From Eledone cirrhosa (taxonomy: Eukaryota): DNA of 64,000 bases. This document shows positions 49,201 to 61,200 of this stretch, in pieces. Under the pieces are notes generated by a model that saw only the letters and a program-made list of their open reading frames with translations, searched no databases and was not told the origin of the DNA. Both the position numbers and the translations under genes were made by a program. The DNA is taken from contig OZ024755.1 in assembly GCA_964016885.1 (NCBI GenBank), forward strand, positions 43,214,001-43,278,000, written 5' to 3'. The number at the start of each line of letters is the position of its first letter. Positions within the stretch are counted from its first letter, which is position 1.

Positions 49201-52200
49201 TGTTGGGTGTGGAGTTGGTTATGTGCTGTGTGTGATGGTGAGGGTGCTGGGTGTGGAGGTGGTTATGGGCTGTGTGTGATGGTGAGGGTGTTGGGTGTGG
49301 AGGTGGTTATGGGCTGTGTGTGATGGTGAGGGTGCTGGGTGTGGAGGTGGTTATGGGCTGTGTGTGATGGTGAGGGTGTTGGGTGTGGAGGTGGTTATGG
49401 ACTGTGTGTGATGGTGAGGGTGTAGGGTGTGGAGGTGGTTATGGGCTGTGTGTGATGGTGAGGGTGCTGGGTGTGGAGATGGTTATGTGCTGTGTGTGAT
49501 GGTGAGGGTGTTGGGTGTGGAGGTGGTTATGGGCTGTGTGTGATGGTGAGGGTGTTGGGTGTGGAGGTGGTTATGGGCTGTGTGTGATGGTGAGGGTGCT
49601 GGGTGTGGAGATGGTTATGTGCTGTGTGTGATGGTGAGGGTGTTGGGTGTGGAGGTGGTTATGGGCTGTGTGTGATGGTGAGGGTGCTGGGTGTGGAGAT
49701 GGTTATGTGCTGTGTGTGATGGTGAGGGTGTTGGGTGTGGAGGTGGTTATGGGCTGTGTGTGATGTTGAGGGTGTTGGGTCTGGAGGTGGTTATGGGCTG
49801 TGCGTGATGGTGAGGGTGTTGGGTGTGGAGGTGGTGAGGGTGCTGGGTGTGGAGGTGGTTATGGGCTGTGTGTGATGGTGAGGGTGTTGGGTGTGGATGT
49901 GGTTATGGGCTATGTGTGATGGTGAGGGTGTTGGGTGTGGAGGTGGTTATGGGCTGTGTGTGATGGTGAGGGTGCTGGGTGTGGAGGTGGTTATGTGCTG
50001 TGTGTGATGGTGAGGGTGCTGGGTGTGGAGGTGGTTATGAGCTGTGTTTGATGGTGAGGGTGCTGGGTGTGGAGGTGGTTATGGGCTGTGTGTGATGGTG
50101 AGGGTGCTGGGTGTGGAGGTGGTTATGTGCTGTGTGTGATGGTGAGGGTGTTGGGTGTGGAGGTGGTTATGTGTAGTGTGTGATGGTGAGGGTGTTGGGT
50201 GTGGAGGTGGTTATGGGCTGTGTGTGATGGTAAGGGTGCTGGGTGTGAAGGTGGTTATGGGCTGTGTGTGATGGTAAGGGTGTTGGGTGTGGAGGTGGTT
50301 ATGGGCTGTGTGTGATGGTAAGGGTGCTGGGTGTGGAGGTGGTTATGTACTGTGTGTGATGGTGAGGGTGTTGGGTGTGTTGGTTGTTATGGGCTGTGTG
50401 TGATGGTGAGGGTGTTGGGTGTGGAGGTGGTTATGGGCTGTGTGTGATGGTGAGGGTGCTGGGTGTGGAGGTGGTTATGGGCTTTGTGTGATGGTGAGGG
50501 TGCTGGGTGTGGAGATGGTTATGGGCTGTGTGTGATGGTGAGGGTGTTGGGTGTGGAGGTGGTTATTGGCTGTGTGTGATGGTGAGGGTGTTGGGTGTGG
50601 AGGTGGTTATGGGCTGTGTGTGATGGTGGGGGTGTTGGGTGTGGAGATGGTTATGGGCTGTGTGTGATGGTGAAGGTGTGGGGTGTGGGGGTGGTTATGT
50701 GCTCTGTGTGATGGTGAGGGTGCTGGGTGTTGAGGTGGTTATGGGCTGTGTGTGATGGTGGGGGTGCTGGGTGTGGAGGTGATTATGGGCTGTGTGTGAT
50801 GGTGAGGGTTTGCGTGTGGAGGTGGTTATGGGCTGTGTGTGATGGTGGGGGTGTTGGGTGTGGAGGTGGTTATGGGCTGTGTGTGATGGTGAGGGTGCTG
50901 GGTGTGGAGGTGGTTATGGGCTGTGTGTGATGGTGGGGGTGCTGGGTGTGGAGGTGATTATGGGCTGTGTGTGATGGTGAGGGTTTGGGTGTGGAGGTGG
51001 TTATGGGCTGCGTGTGATGGTGGGGGTGTTGGGTGTGGAGGTGGTTATGGGCTGTGTGTGATGGTGAGGGTGTTGGGTGTGGAGGTGGTTATGGGCTGTG
51101 TGTGATGGTGGGGGTGTTGGGTGTGGAGGTGCTTATGGGCTGTGTGTGATGGTGAGGGTGTTGGGTGTGGGGGTGGTTATGTGCTGTGTGTGATGGTGAG
51201 GGTGCTGGGTGTGGAGGTGGTTATGGGCTGTGTGTCATGGTGGGAATGCTGGGTGTGGAGGTGATTATGGGCTGTGTGTGATGGTGAGGGTTTGGGTGTG
51301 GAGGTGGTTATGTGTTGTGTGTGATGGTGAGGGTGTTGGGTGTGGAGGTGGTTATGTGCTGTGTGTGATGGTGAGGGTGTTGGGTGTGGAGGTGGTTATG
51401 GGCTGTGTGTGATGGTGAGGGTGTTGGGTGTGGAGGTGGTTATGGGCTGTGTGTGATGGTGAGGGTGTTGGGTGTGGAGGTGGTTATGGGCTGTGTGTGA
51501 TGGTGAGGGTGTTGTGTGTGGAGGTGGTTATGGGCTGTGTGTGATTGTGAGGGTGCTGGGTGTGGAGATGGTTATGGGCTGTGTGTGATGGTGGGCTGCT
51601 GGGTGTGGAGATGGTTATGGGCTGTGTGTGATGGTGAGGGTGCTGGGTGTGGAGGTGGTTATGGGCTGTGTGTGATGGTGAGGGTGCTGGGTGTGAGGGT
51701 GGTTATGGGCTGTGTGTGATGGTGAGGGTGTTGGGTGTGGAGGTGGTTATGGGCTGTGTGTGATGTTGAGGGTGTTGGGTGTGGAGGTGATTATATGCTG
51801 TGTGTGATGGTGAGGGTACTGGGTGTGGAGGTGGTTATGGGCTGTGTGTGATGGTGAGGGTGTTGGGTGTGGGGGTGGTTATGTGCTGTGTGTGATGGTG
51901 GGGGTGCTGAGTGTGGAGGTGATTATGGGCTGTGTGTGATAGTGAGGGTGTTGGGTGTGGAGGTGGTCATGGGCTGTGTGTGATGTTGAGGGTGTTGGGT
52001 GTGGAGGTGATTATGTGCTGTGTGTGATGGTGAGGGTGCTGGGTGTGGAGGTGGTTATGGGCTGTGTATGATGGTGAGGGTGTTGGGTGTGGAGGTGGTT
52101 ATGGACTGTGTGTGATGGTGCGGGTGTTGGGTGTGGAGGTGGTTATGGGCTGTGTGTGATGGTGAGGGTGTTGGGTGTGGGGGTAGTTATGTGCTGTGTG

Positions 52201-55200
52201 TGATGGTGAGGGTGTTGGGTGTGGAGGTGGTTATGGGCTGTGTGTGATGGTGAGGGTGCTGGGTGTGGAGGTGGTTATGGGCTGTGTGTGATGTTGAGGG
52301 TGCTGGGTGTGGAGATGGTTATGGGCTGTGTGTGATGGTGAGGGTGCTGGGTGTGGAGGTGGTTATGGGCTGTGGGTGATGGTGAGGGTGCTGGGTGTGG
52401 AGGTGGTCATGGGCTGTGTGATTGTTAGGGTGCTGGGTGTGGAGGTGGTTATGGGCTGTGTGTGATGGTGAGGGTGCTGGGTGTGGAGGTGGTTATGGGC
52501 TTTGTGTGATGGTGAGGGTGCTGGGTGTGGAGATGGTTATGGGCTGTGTGTGATGGTGAGGGTGTTGGGTGTGGAGGTGGTTATGGGCTGTGTGTGATGG
52601 TGAGGGTGCTGGGTGTGGGGGTGGTTATGGGCTGTGTGTGATGGTGAGGGTGTTGGGTGTGGAGGTGGTTATGGGCTGTGTGTGATGTTGAGGGTGTTGG
52701 GTGTGGAGGTGATTATATGCTGTGTGTGATGGTGGGGGTGCTGAGTGTGGAGGTGATTATGGGCTGTGTGTGATGGTGAGGGTTTGGGTGTGGAGGTGGT
52801 TATGTGCTGTGTGTGATGGTGAGGGTGTTGGGTGTGGATGTGGTTATGGGCTGTGTGTGATGGTGAGGGTGTTGGGTGTGGAGGTGGTTATGGGCTGTGT
52901 GTGATGGTGAGGGTGCTGGGTGTGGAGGTGGTTATGTGCTGTGTGTGATGGTGAGGGTGCTGGGTGTGGAGGTGGTTATGAGCTGTGTTTGATGGTGAGG
53001 GTGCTGGGTGTGGAGGTGGTTATGGGCTGTGTGTGATGGTGAGGGTGCTGGATGTGGAGGTGGTTATGTGCTGTGTGTGATGGTGAGGGTGTTGGGTGTG
53101 GAGGTGGTTATGTGTAGTGTGTGATGGTGAGGGTGTTGGGTGTGGAGGTGGTTATGGGCTGTGTGTGATGGTAAGGGTGCTGGGTGTGAAGGTGGTTATG
53201 GGCTGTGTGTGATGGTAAGGGTGTTGGATGTGGAGGTGGTTATGGGCTGTGTGTGATGGTAAGGGTGCTGGGTGTGGAGGTGGTTATGTACTGTGTGTGA
53301 TGGTGAGGGTGTTGGGTGTGTTGGTTGTTATGGGCTGTGTGTGATGGTGAGGGTGTTGGGTGTGGAGGTGGTTATGGGCTGTGTGTGATGGTGAGGGTGC
53401 TGGGTGTGGAGGTGGTTATGGGCTTTGTGTGATGGTGAGGGTGCTGGGTGTGGAGATGGTTATGGGCTGTGTGTGATGGTGAGGGTGTTGGGTGTGGAGG
53501 TGGTTATTGGCTGTGTGTGATGGTGAGGGTGTTGGGTGTGGAGGTGGTTATGGGCTGTGTGTGATGGTGGGGGTGTTGGGTGTGGAGGTGGTTATGGGCT
53601 GTGTGTGATGGTGGGGGTGTTGGGTGTGGAGGGGGTTATGGGCTGTGTGTGATGGTGAAGGTGTGGGGTGTGGGGGTGGTTATGTGCTCTGTGTGATGGT
53701 GAGGGTGCTGGGTGTTGAGGTGGTTATGGGCTGTGTGTGATGGTGGGGGTGCTGGGTGTGGAGGTGATTATGGGCTGTGTGTGATGGTGAGGGTTTGGGT
53801 GTGGAGGTGGTTATGGGCTGTGTGTGATGGTGGGGGTGTTGGGTGTGGAGGTGGTTATGGGCTGTGTGTGATGGTGAGGGTGCTGGGTGTGGAGGTGGTT
53901 ATGGGCTGTGTGTGATGGTGGGGGTGCTGGGTGTGGAGGTGATTATGGGCTGTGTGTCATGGTGGGAATGCTGGGTGTGGAGGTGATTATGGGCTGTGTG
54001 TGATGGTGAGGGTTTGGGTGTGGAGGTGGTTATGTGCTGTGTGTGATGGTGAGGGTGTTGGGTGTGGAGCTGGTTATGTGCTGTGTGTGATGGTGAGGGT
54101 GTTGGGTGTGGAGGTGGTTATGGGCTGTGTGTGATGGTGAGGGTGTTGGGTGTGGAGGTGGTTATGGGCTGTGTGTGATGGTGAGGGTGTTGGGTGTGGA
54201 GGTGGTTATGGGCTGTGTGTGATGGTGAGGGTGTTGTGTGTGGAGGTGGTTATGTGCTGTGTGTGATGGTGAGGGTGTTGGGTGTGGAGCTGGTTATGTG
54301 CTGTGTGTGATGGTGAGGGTGTTGGGTGTGGAGGTGGTTATGGGCTGTGTGTGATGGTGAGGGTGTTGGGTGTGGAGGTGGTTATGGGCTGTGTGTGATG
54401 GTGAGGGTGTTGGGTGTGGAGGTGGTTATGGGCTGTGTGTGATGGTGAGGGTGTTGTGTGTGGAGGTGGTTATGGGCTGTGTGTGATTGTGAGGGTGCTG
54501 GGTGTGGAGATGGTTATGGGCCGTGTGTGATGGTGGGCTGCTGGGTGTGGAGATGGTTATGGGCTGTGTGTGATGGTGAGGGTGCTGGGTGTGGAGGTGG
54601 TTATGGGCTGTGTGTGATGGTGAGGGTGCTGGGTGTGGGGGTGGTTATGGGCTGTGTGTGATGGTGAGGGTGTTGGGTGTGGAGGTGGTTATGGGCTGTG
54701 TGTGATGTTGAGGGTGTTGGGTGTGGAGGTGATTATATGCTGTGTGTGATGGTGAGGGTACTGGGTGTGGAGGTGGTTATGGGCTGTGTGTGATGGTGAG
54801 GGTGTTGGGTGTGGGGGTGGTTATGTGCTGTGTGTGATGGTGGGGGTGCTGAGTGTGGAGGTGATTATGGGCTGTGTGTGATGGTGAGGGTTTGGGTGTG
54901 GAGGTGGTTATGTGCTGTGTGTGATGGTGAGGGTGTTGGGTGTGGAGGTGGTTATGGGCTGTGTGTGATGGTGAGGGTGTTGGGTGTGGAGGTGGTCATG
55001 GGCTGTGTGTGATGTTGAGGGTGTTGGGTGTGGAGGTGATTATGTGCTGTGTGTGATGGTGAGGGTGCTGGGTGTGGAGGTGGTTATGGGCTGTGTGTGA
55101 TGGTGAGGGTGTTGGGTGTGGAGGTGGTTATGGACTGTGTGTGATGGTGGGGGTGTTGGGTATGGAGGTGGTTATGGGCTGTGTGTGATGGTGAGGGTGT

Positions 55201-58200
55201 TGGGTGTGGGGGTAGTTATGTGCTGTGTGTGATGGTGAGGGTGTTGGGTGTGGAGGTGGTTATGGGCTGTGTGTGATGGTGAGGGTGCTGGGTGTGGAGG
55301 TGGTTATGGGCTGTGTGTGATGTTGAGGGTGCTGGGTGTGGAGATGGTTATGGGCTGTGTGTGATGGTGAGGGTGCTGGGTGTGGAGGTGGTTATGGGCT
55401 GTGGGTGATGGTGAGGGTGCTGGGTGTGGAGGTGGTCATGGGCTGTGTGATTGTTAGGGTGCTGGGTGTGGAGGTGGTTATGGGCTGTGTGTGATGGTGA
55501 GGGTGCTGGGTGTGGGAGTGGTTATGTGCTGTGTGTGATGGTGAGGGTGTTGGGTGTGGAGGTGGTTATGGGCTCTGTGTGATGGTGAGGGTGCTGTGTG
55601 TGGAGATGGTTATGGGCTGTGTGTGATGGTGAGGGTGCTGGGTGTGGAGATGGTTATGGGCTGTGTGTGATGGTGAGGGTGTTGGGTGTGGAGGTGGTTA
55701 TGTGCTGTGTGTGATGGTGAGGGTGTTGGGTGTGGAGGTGGTTATGGGCTGTGTGTGATGGTGAGGGTGCTGGGTGTGGAGGTGGTTATGTGCTGTGTGT
55801 GATGGTGAGGGTGTTGGGTGTGGAGGTGGTTATGGGCTGTGTGTGATGGTGTTGGGTGTGGAGGTGGTTATGTGCTGTGTGTGAATGTGAGGGCGCTGGG
55901 TGTGGAGGTGGTTATGGGCTGTGTGTGATGGTGAGGGTGTTGGGTGTGGAGGTGGTTATGGGCTGTGTGTGATGGTGAGGGTGCTGGGTGTGGAGGTGGT
56001 TATGGGCTGTGTGTGATGGTGAGGGTGTTGGGTGTGGAGGTGGTTAAGGGCTGTGTGTGATGGTGAGGGTGTTGGGTGTGGAGGTGGTTATGGGCTGTGT
56101 GTGATGGTGAGGGTGCTGGGTATGAAGGTGGTTATGGGCTGTGTGTGATGGTGAGGGTGTTGGGTGTGGAGGTGGTTATGGGCTGTGTGTGATGGTGAGG
56201 GTGCTGGGTGTGGAGGTGGTTATGGGCTGTGTGTGATGGTGAGGGTGTTGGGTGTGGAGGTGGTTATGGGCTGTGTGTGATGGTGAGGGTGCTGGGTGTG
56301 GAGGTGGTTATGGGCTGTGTGTGATGGTGAGGGTGTTGGGTGTGGAGGTGGTTATGGGCTGTGTGTGATGGTGAGGGTGTTGGGTGTGGAGGTGGTTATG
56401 GGCTGTGTGTGATGGTGAGGGTGCTGGGTATGAAGGTGGTTATGGGCTGTGTGTGATGGTGAGGGTGTTGGGTGTGGAGGTGGTTATGGGCTGTGTGTGA
56501 TGGTGAGGGTGTAGGGTGTGGAGGTGGTTATGGGCTGTGTGTGATGGTGAGGGTGCTGGGTGTGGAGGTGGTTATGGGCTGTGTTTGATGGTGAGGGTGC
56601 TGGGAGTGGAGGTGGTTATGGGCTGTGTGTGATGGTGAGCGTGTTGGGTGTGGAGGTGGTTATGGGCTGTGTGTGATGGTGAGGGTGTTGGGTGTGGAGG
56701 TGGTTATGGGCTGTGTGTGATGGTGTTGGGTGTGGAGGTGGTTATGTGCTGTGTGTGAATGTGAGGGCACTGGGTGTGGAGGTGGTTATGGGCTGTGTGT
56801 GATGGTGAGGGTGCTGGGTGTGGAGGTGGTTATGGGCTGTGTGTGATGGTGAGAGTGTTGGGTGTGGAGGTGGTTCTGGGCTGTGTGTGATGGTGAGGGT
56901 GCTGGGTGTGGAGGTGGTTATGGGCTGTGTGTGATGCTGAGGGTGTTCGTTGTGGATGTGGTTATGGGCTGTGTGTGATGGTGAGGGTGCTGGGTATGGA
57001 GGTGGTTATGGGCTGTGTGTGATGGTGAGGGTGTTGGGTGTGGAGGTGGTTATGGGCTGTGTGTGATGGTGAGGGTGCTGGGTATGGAGGTGGTTATGTG
57101 CTGTGTGTGATGGTGAGGGTGTTGGGTGTGGAGGTGGTTATGGGCTGTGTGTGATGGTGAGGGTTTGGGTGTGGAGGTGGTTATGTGCTGTGTGTGATGG
57201 TGAGGGTGTTGGGTGTGTAGGTGGTTATGGGCTTTGTGTGATGGTGAGGGTGTTGGGTGTGGAGGTGGTTATTGGCTGTGTGTGATGGTGAGGGTGCTGG
57301 GTGTGGAGGTGGTTATGGGCTGTGTGTGATGGTGAGGGTGCTGGGTGTGGAGGTGGTTATGGGCTGTGTGTGATGGTGTTGGGTGTGGAGGTGGTTATGG
57401 GCTGTGTGTGATGCTGAGGGTGCTGGGTGTGGAGGTGGTTATGGGCTGTGTGTGATGGTGTTGGGTGTGGAGGTGGTTATGGGCTGTGTGTGATGCTGAG
57501 GGTGCTGGGTGTGGAGGTGGTTATGGGCTGTGTGTGATGTTGAGGGTGTTGGGTGTGGAGGTGATTATGTGCTGTGTGTGATGGTGAGGGTGCTGGGTGT
57601 GGAGGTGATTATGGGCTGTGTGTGATGGTGAGGGTGTTGGGTGTTGAGGTGGTTATGGGCTGTGTGTGATGGTGAGGGTGCTGTGTGTGGAGGTGGTTAT
57701 GTGCTGTGTGTGATGGTGAGGGTGTTGGGTGTGGAGGTGATTATGGGCTGTGTGTGATGGTGAGGGTGTTGGGTGTGGAGGTGGTTATGGGCTGTGTGTG
57801 ATGTTGAGGGTGTTGGGTGTGGAGGTGGTTATGGGCTGTGTGTGATGGTGAGGGTGTTGGGTGTGGGGGTGGTTATGTGCTGTGTGTGATGGTGGGGGTG
57901 CTGGGTGTGGAGGTGATTATGGGCTGTGTGTGATGGTGAGGGTGTTGGGTGTGGAGGTGGTTATGGGCTGTGTGTGATGGTGAGGGTGCTGGGTGTGGAG
58001 GTGGTTATGGGCTGTGTGTGATGGTGAGGGTGTTGGGTGTGGAGGTGGTTATGGGCTGTGTGTGATGGTGGGGGTGTTGGGTGTGGAGATGGTTATGGGC
58101 TGTGTGTGATGGTGAGGGTGTTGGGTGTGGGGGTGGTTATGTGCTGTGTGTGATGGTGGGGGTGCTGGGTGTGGAGGTGATTATGGGCTGTGTGTGATGG

Positions 58201-61200
58201 TGAGGGTGTTGGGTGTGGAGGTGGTTATGGGCTGTGTGTAATGGTGAGGGTGCTGGGTGTGGAGGTGTTTATGGGCTGTGTGTGATGGTGAGGGTGGTGG
58301 GTGTGGAGGTGGTTATGGGCTGTGTGTGATGGTGAGGGTGCTGAGTGTGGAGGTGGTTATGGGCTGTGTGTGATGGTGAGGGTGGTGGGTGTGGAGGTGG
58401 TTATGGGCTGTGTGTGATGGAGGGGGTGCTGGGTGTGGAGGTGGTTATGGGCTGTGTGTGGTGGTGGTTATGGGCTGTGTGTGATGGTGAGGGTGCTGGG
58501 TGTGGAGGTGGTTATGGGCTGTGTGTGATGGTGAGGGTGCTGGGTGTGGAGGAGGTTATGGGCTGTGTGTGATGGTGAGGGTGCTGGGTGTGGAGGTGAT
58601 TATGTGCTGTGTGTTATGGTGAGGGTGCTGGGTGTGGAGGTGGTTATGGGCTGTGTGTGATGGTGAGGGTGTTGGGTGTGGAGGTGTTTATGGGCTGTGT
58701 GTGATGGTGGGGTTGTTGGGTGTGGAGATGGTTATGGGCTGTGTGTGATGGTGAGGGTGTTGGGTGTGGGGGTGGTTATGTGCTGTGTGTGATGGTGGGG
58801 GTGCTGGGTGTGGAGGTGATTATGGGCTGTGTGTGATGGTGAGGGTGTTGGGTGTGGAGTTGGTTATGGGCTGTGTGTGATGGTGAGGGTGCTGGGTGTG
58901 GAGGTGGTTATGCGCTGTGTGTGATGGTGAGGGTGCTGGGTGTGGAGGTGTTTATGGGCTGTGTGTGATGGTGAGGTTGGTGGGTGTGGAGGTGGTTATG
59001 GGCTGTGTGTGATGGTGAGGGTGCTGAGTGTGGAGGTGGTTATGGGCTGTGTGTGATGGTGTTGGGTGTGGAGGTGGTTATGGGCTGTGTGTGATGCTGA
59101 GGGTGCTGGGTGTGGAGGTGGTTATGGGCTGTGTGTGATGGTGTTGGGTGTGGAGGTGGTTATGGGCTGTGTGTGATGCTGAGGGTGCTGGGTGTGGAGG
59201 TGGTTATGGGCTGTGTGTGATGTTGAGGGTGTTGGGTGTGGAGGTGATTATGTGCTGTGTGTGATGGTGAGGGTGCTGGGTGTGGAGGTGATTATGGGCT
59301 GTGTGTGATGGTGAGGGTGTTGGGTGTTGAGGTGGTTATGGGCTGTGTGTGATGGTGAGGGTGCTGTGTGTGGAGGTGGTTATGTGCTGTGTGTGATGGT
59401 GAGGGTGTTGGGTGTGGAGGTGATTATGGGCTGTGTGTGATGGTGAGGGTGTTGGGTGTGGAGGTGGTTATGGGCTGTGTGTGATGTTGAGGGTGTTGGG
59501 TGTGGAGGTGGTTATGGGCTGTGTGTGATGGTGAGGGTGTTGGGTGTGGGGGTGGTTATGTGCTGTGTGTGATGGTGGGGGTGCTGGGTGTGGAGGTGAT
59601 TATGGGCTGTGTGTGATGGTGAGGGTGTTGGGTGTGGAGGTGGTTATGGGCTGTGTGTGATGGTGAGGGTGCTGGGTGTGGAGGTGGTTATGGGCTGTGT
59701 GTGATGGTGAGGGTGTTGGGTGTGGAGGTGGTTATGGGCTGTGTGTGATGGTGGGGGTGTTGGGTGTGGAGATGGTTATGGGCTGTGTGTGATGGTGAGG
59801 GTGTTGGGTGTGGGGGTGGTTATGTGCTGTGTGTGATGGTGGGGGTGCTGGGTGTGGAGGTGATTATGGGCTGTGTGTGATGGTGAGGGTGTTGGGTGTG
59901 GAGGTGGTTATGGGCTGTGTGTAATGGTGAGGGTGCCGGGTGTGGAGGTGTTTATGGGCTGTGTGTGATGGTGAGGGTGGTGGGTGTGGAGGTGGTTATG
60001 GGCTGTGTGTGATGGTGAGGGTGCTGAGTGTGGAGGTGGTTATGGGCTGTGTGTGATGGTGAGGGTGGTGGGTGTGGAGGTGGTTATGGGCTGTGTGTGA
60101 TGGAGGGGGTGCTGGGTGTGGAGGTGGTTATGGGCTGTGTGTGGTGGTGGTTATGGGCTGTGTGTGATGGTGAGGGTGCTGGGTGTGGAGGTGGTTATGG
60201 GCTGTGTGTGATGGTGAGGGTGCTGGGTGTGGAGGTGGTTATGGGCTGTGTGTGATGGTGAGGGTGTTGTGTGGAGGTTGTTATGAGCTGTGTGTGATGG
60301 TGAGGGTGCTGGGTGTGGAGGAGGTTATGGGCTGTGTGTGATGGTGAGGGTGCTGGGTGTGGAGGTGATTATGTGCTGTGTGTTATGGTGAGGGTGCTGG
60401 GTGTGGAGGTGGTTATGGGCTGTGTGTGATGGTGAGGGTGTTGGGTGTGGAGGTGTTTATGGGCTGTGTGTGATGGTGGGGTTGTTGGGTGTGGAGATGG
60501 TTATGGGCTGTGTGTGATGGTGAGGGTGTTGGGTGTGGGGGTGGTTATGTGCTGTGTGTGATGGTGGGGGTGCTGGGTGTGGAGGTGATTATGGGCTGTG
60601 TGTGATGGTGAGGGTGTTGGGTGTGGAGTTGGTTATGGGCTGTGTGTGATGGTGAGGGTGCTGGGTGTGGAGGTGGTTATGCGCTGTGTGTGATGGTGAG
60701 GGTGCTGGGTGTGGAGGTGTTTATGGGCTGTGTGTGATGGTGAGGTTGGTGGGTGTGGAGGTGGTTATGGGCTGTGTGTGATGGTGAGGGTGCTGAGTGT
60801 GGAGGTGGTTATGGGCTGTGTGTGATGGTGAGGGTGGTGGGTGTGGAGGTGGTTATGGGCTGTGTGTGATGGTGGGGGTGCTGGGTGTGGAGGTGTTTAT
60901 GGGCTGTGTGTGATGGTGAGGGTGGTGGGTGTGGAGGTGGTTATGGGCTGTGTGTGATGGTAAGGGTACTGAGTGTGGAGGTGGTTATGGGCTGTGTGTG
61001 ATGGTGAGGGTGGTGGGTGTGGAGGTGGTTATGGGCTGTGTGTGATGGTGGGGGTGCTGGGTGTGGAGGTGGTTATGGGCTGTGTGTGATGGTGAGGGTG
61101 CTGGGTGTGGAGGTGGTTATGGGCTGTGTGTGATGGTGAGGGTGCTGGGTGTGGAGGTGGTTATGGGCTGTGTGTGATGGTGAGGGTGCTGGGTGTGGGG

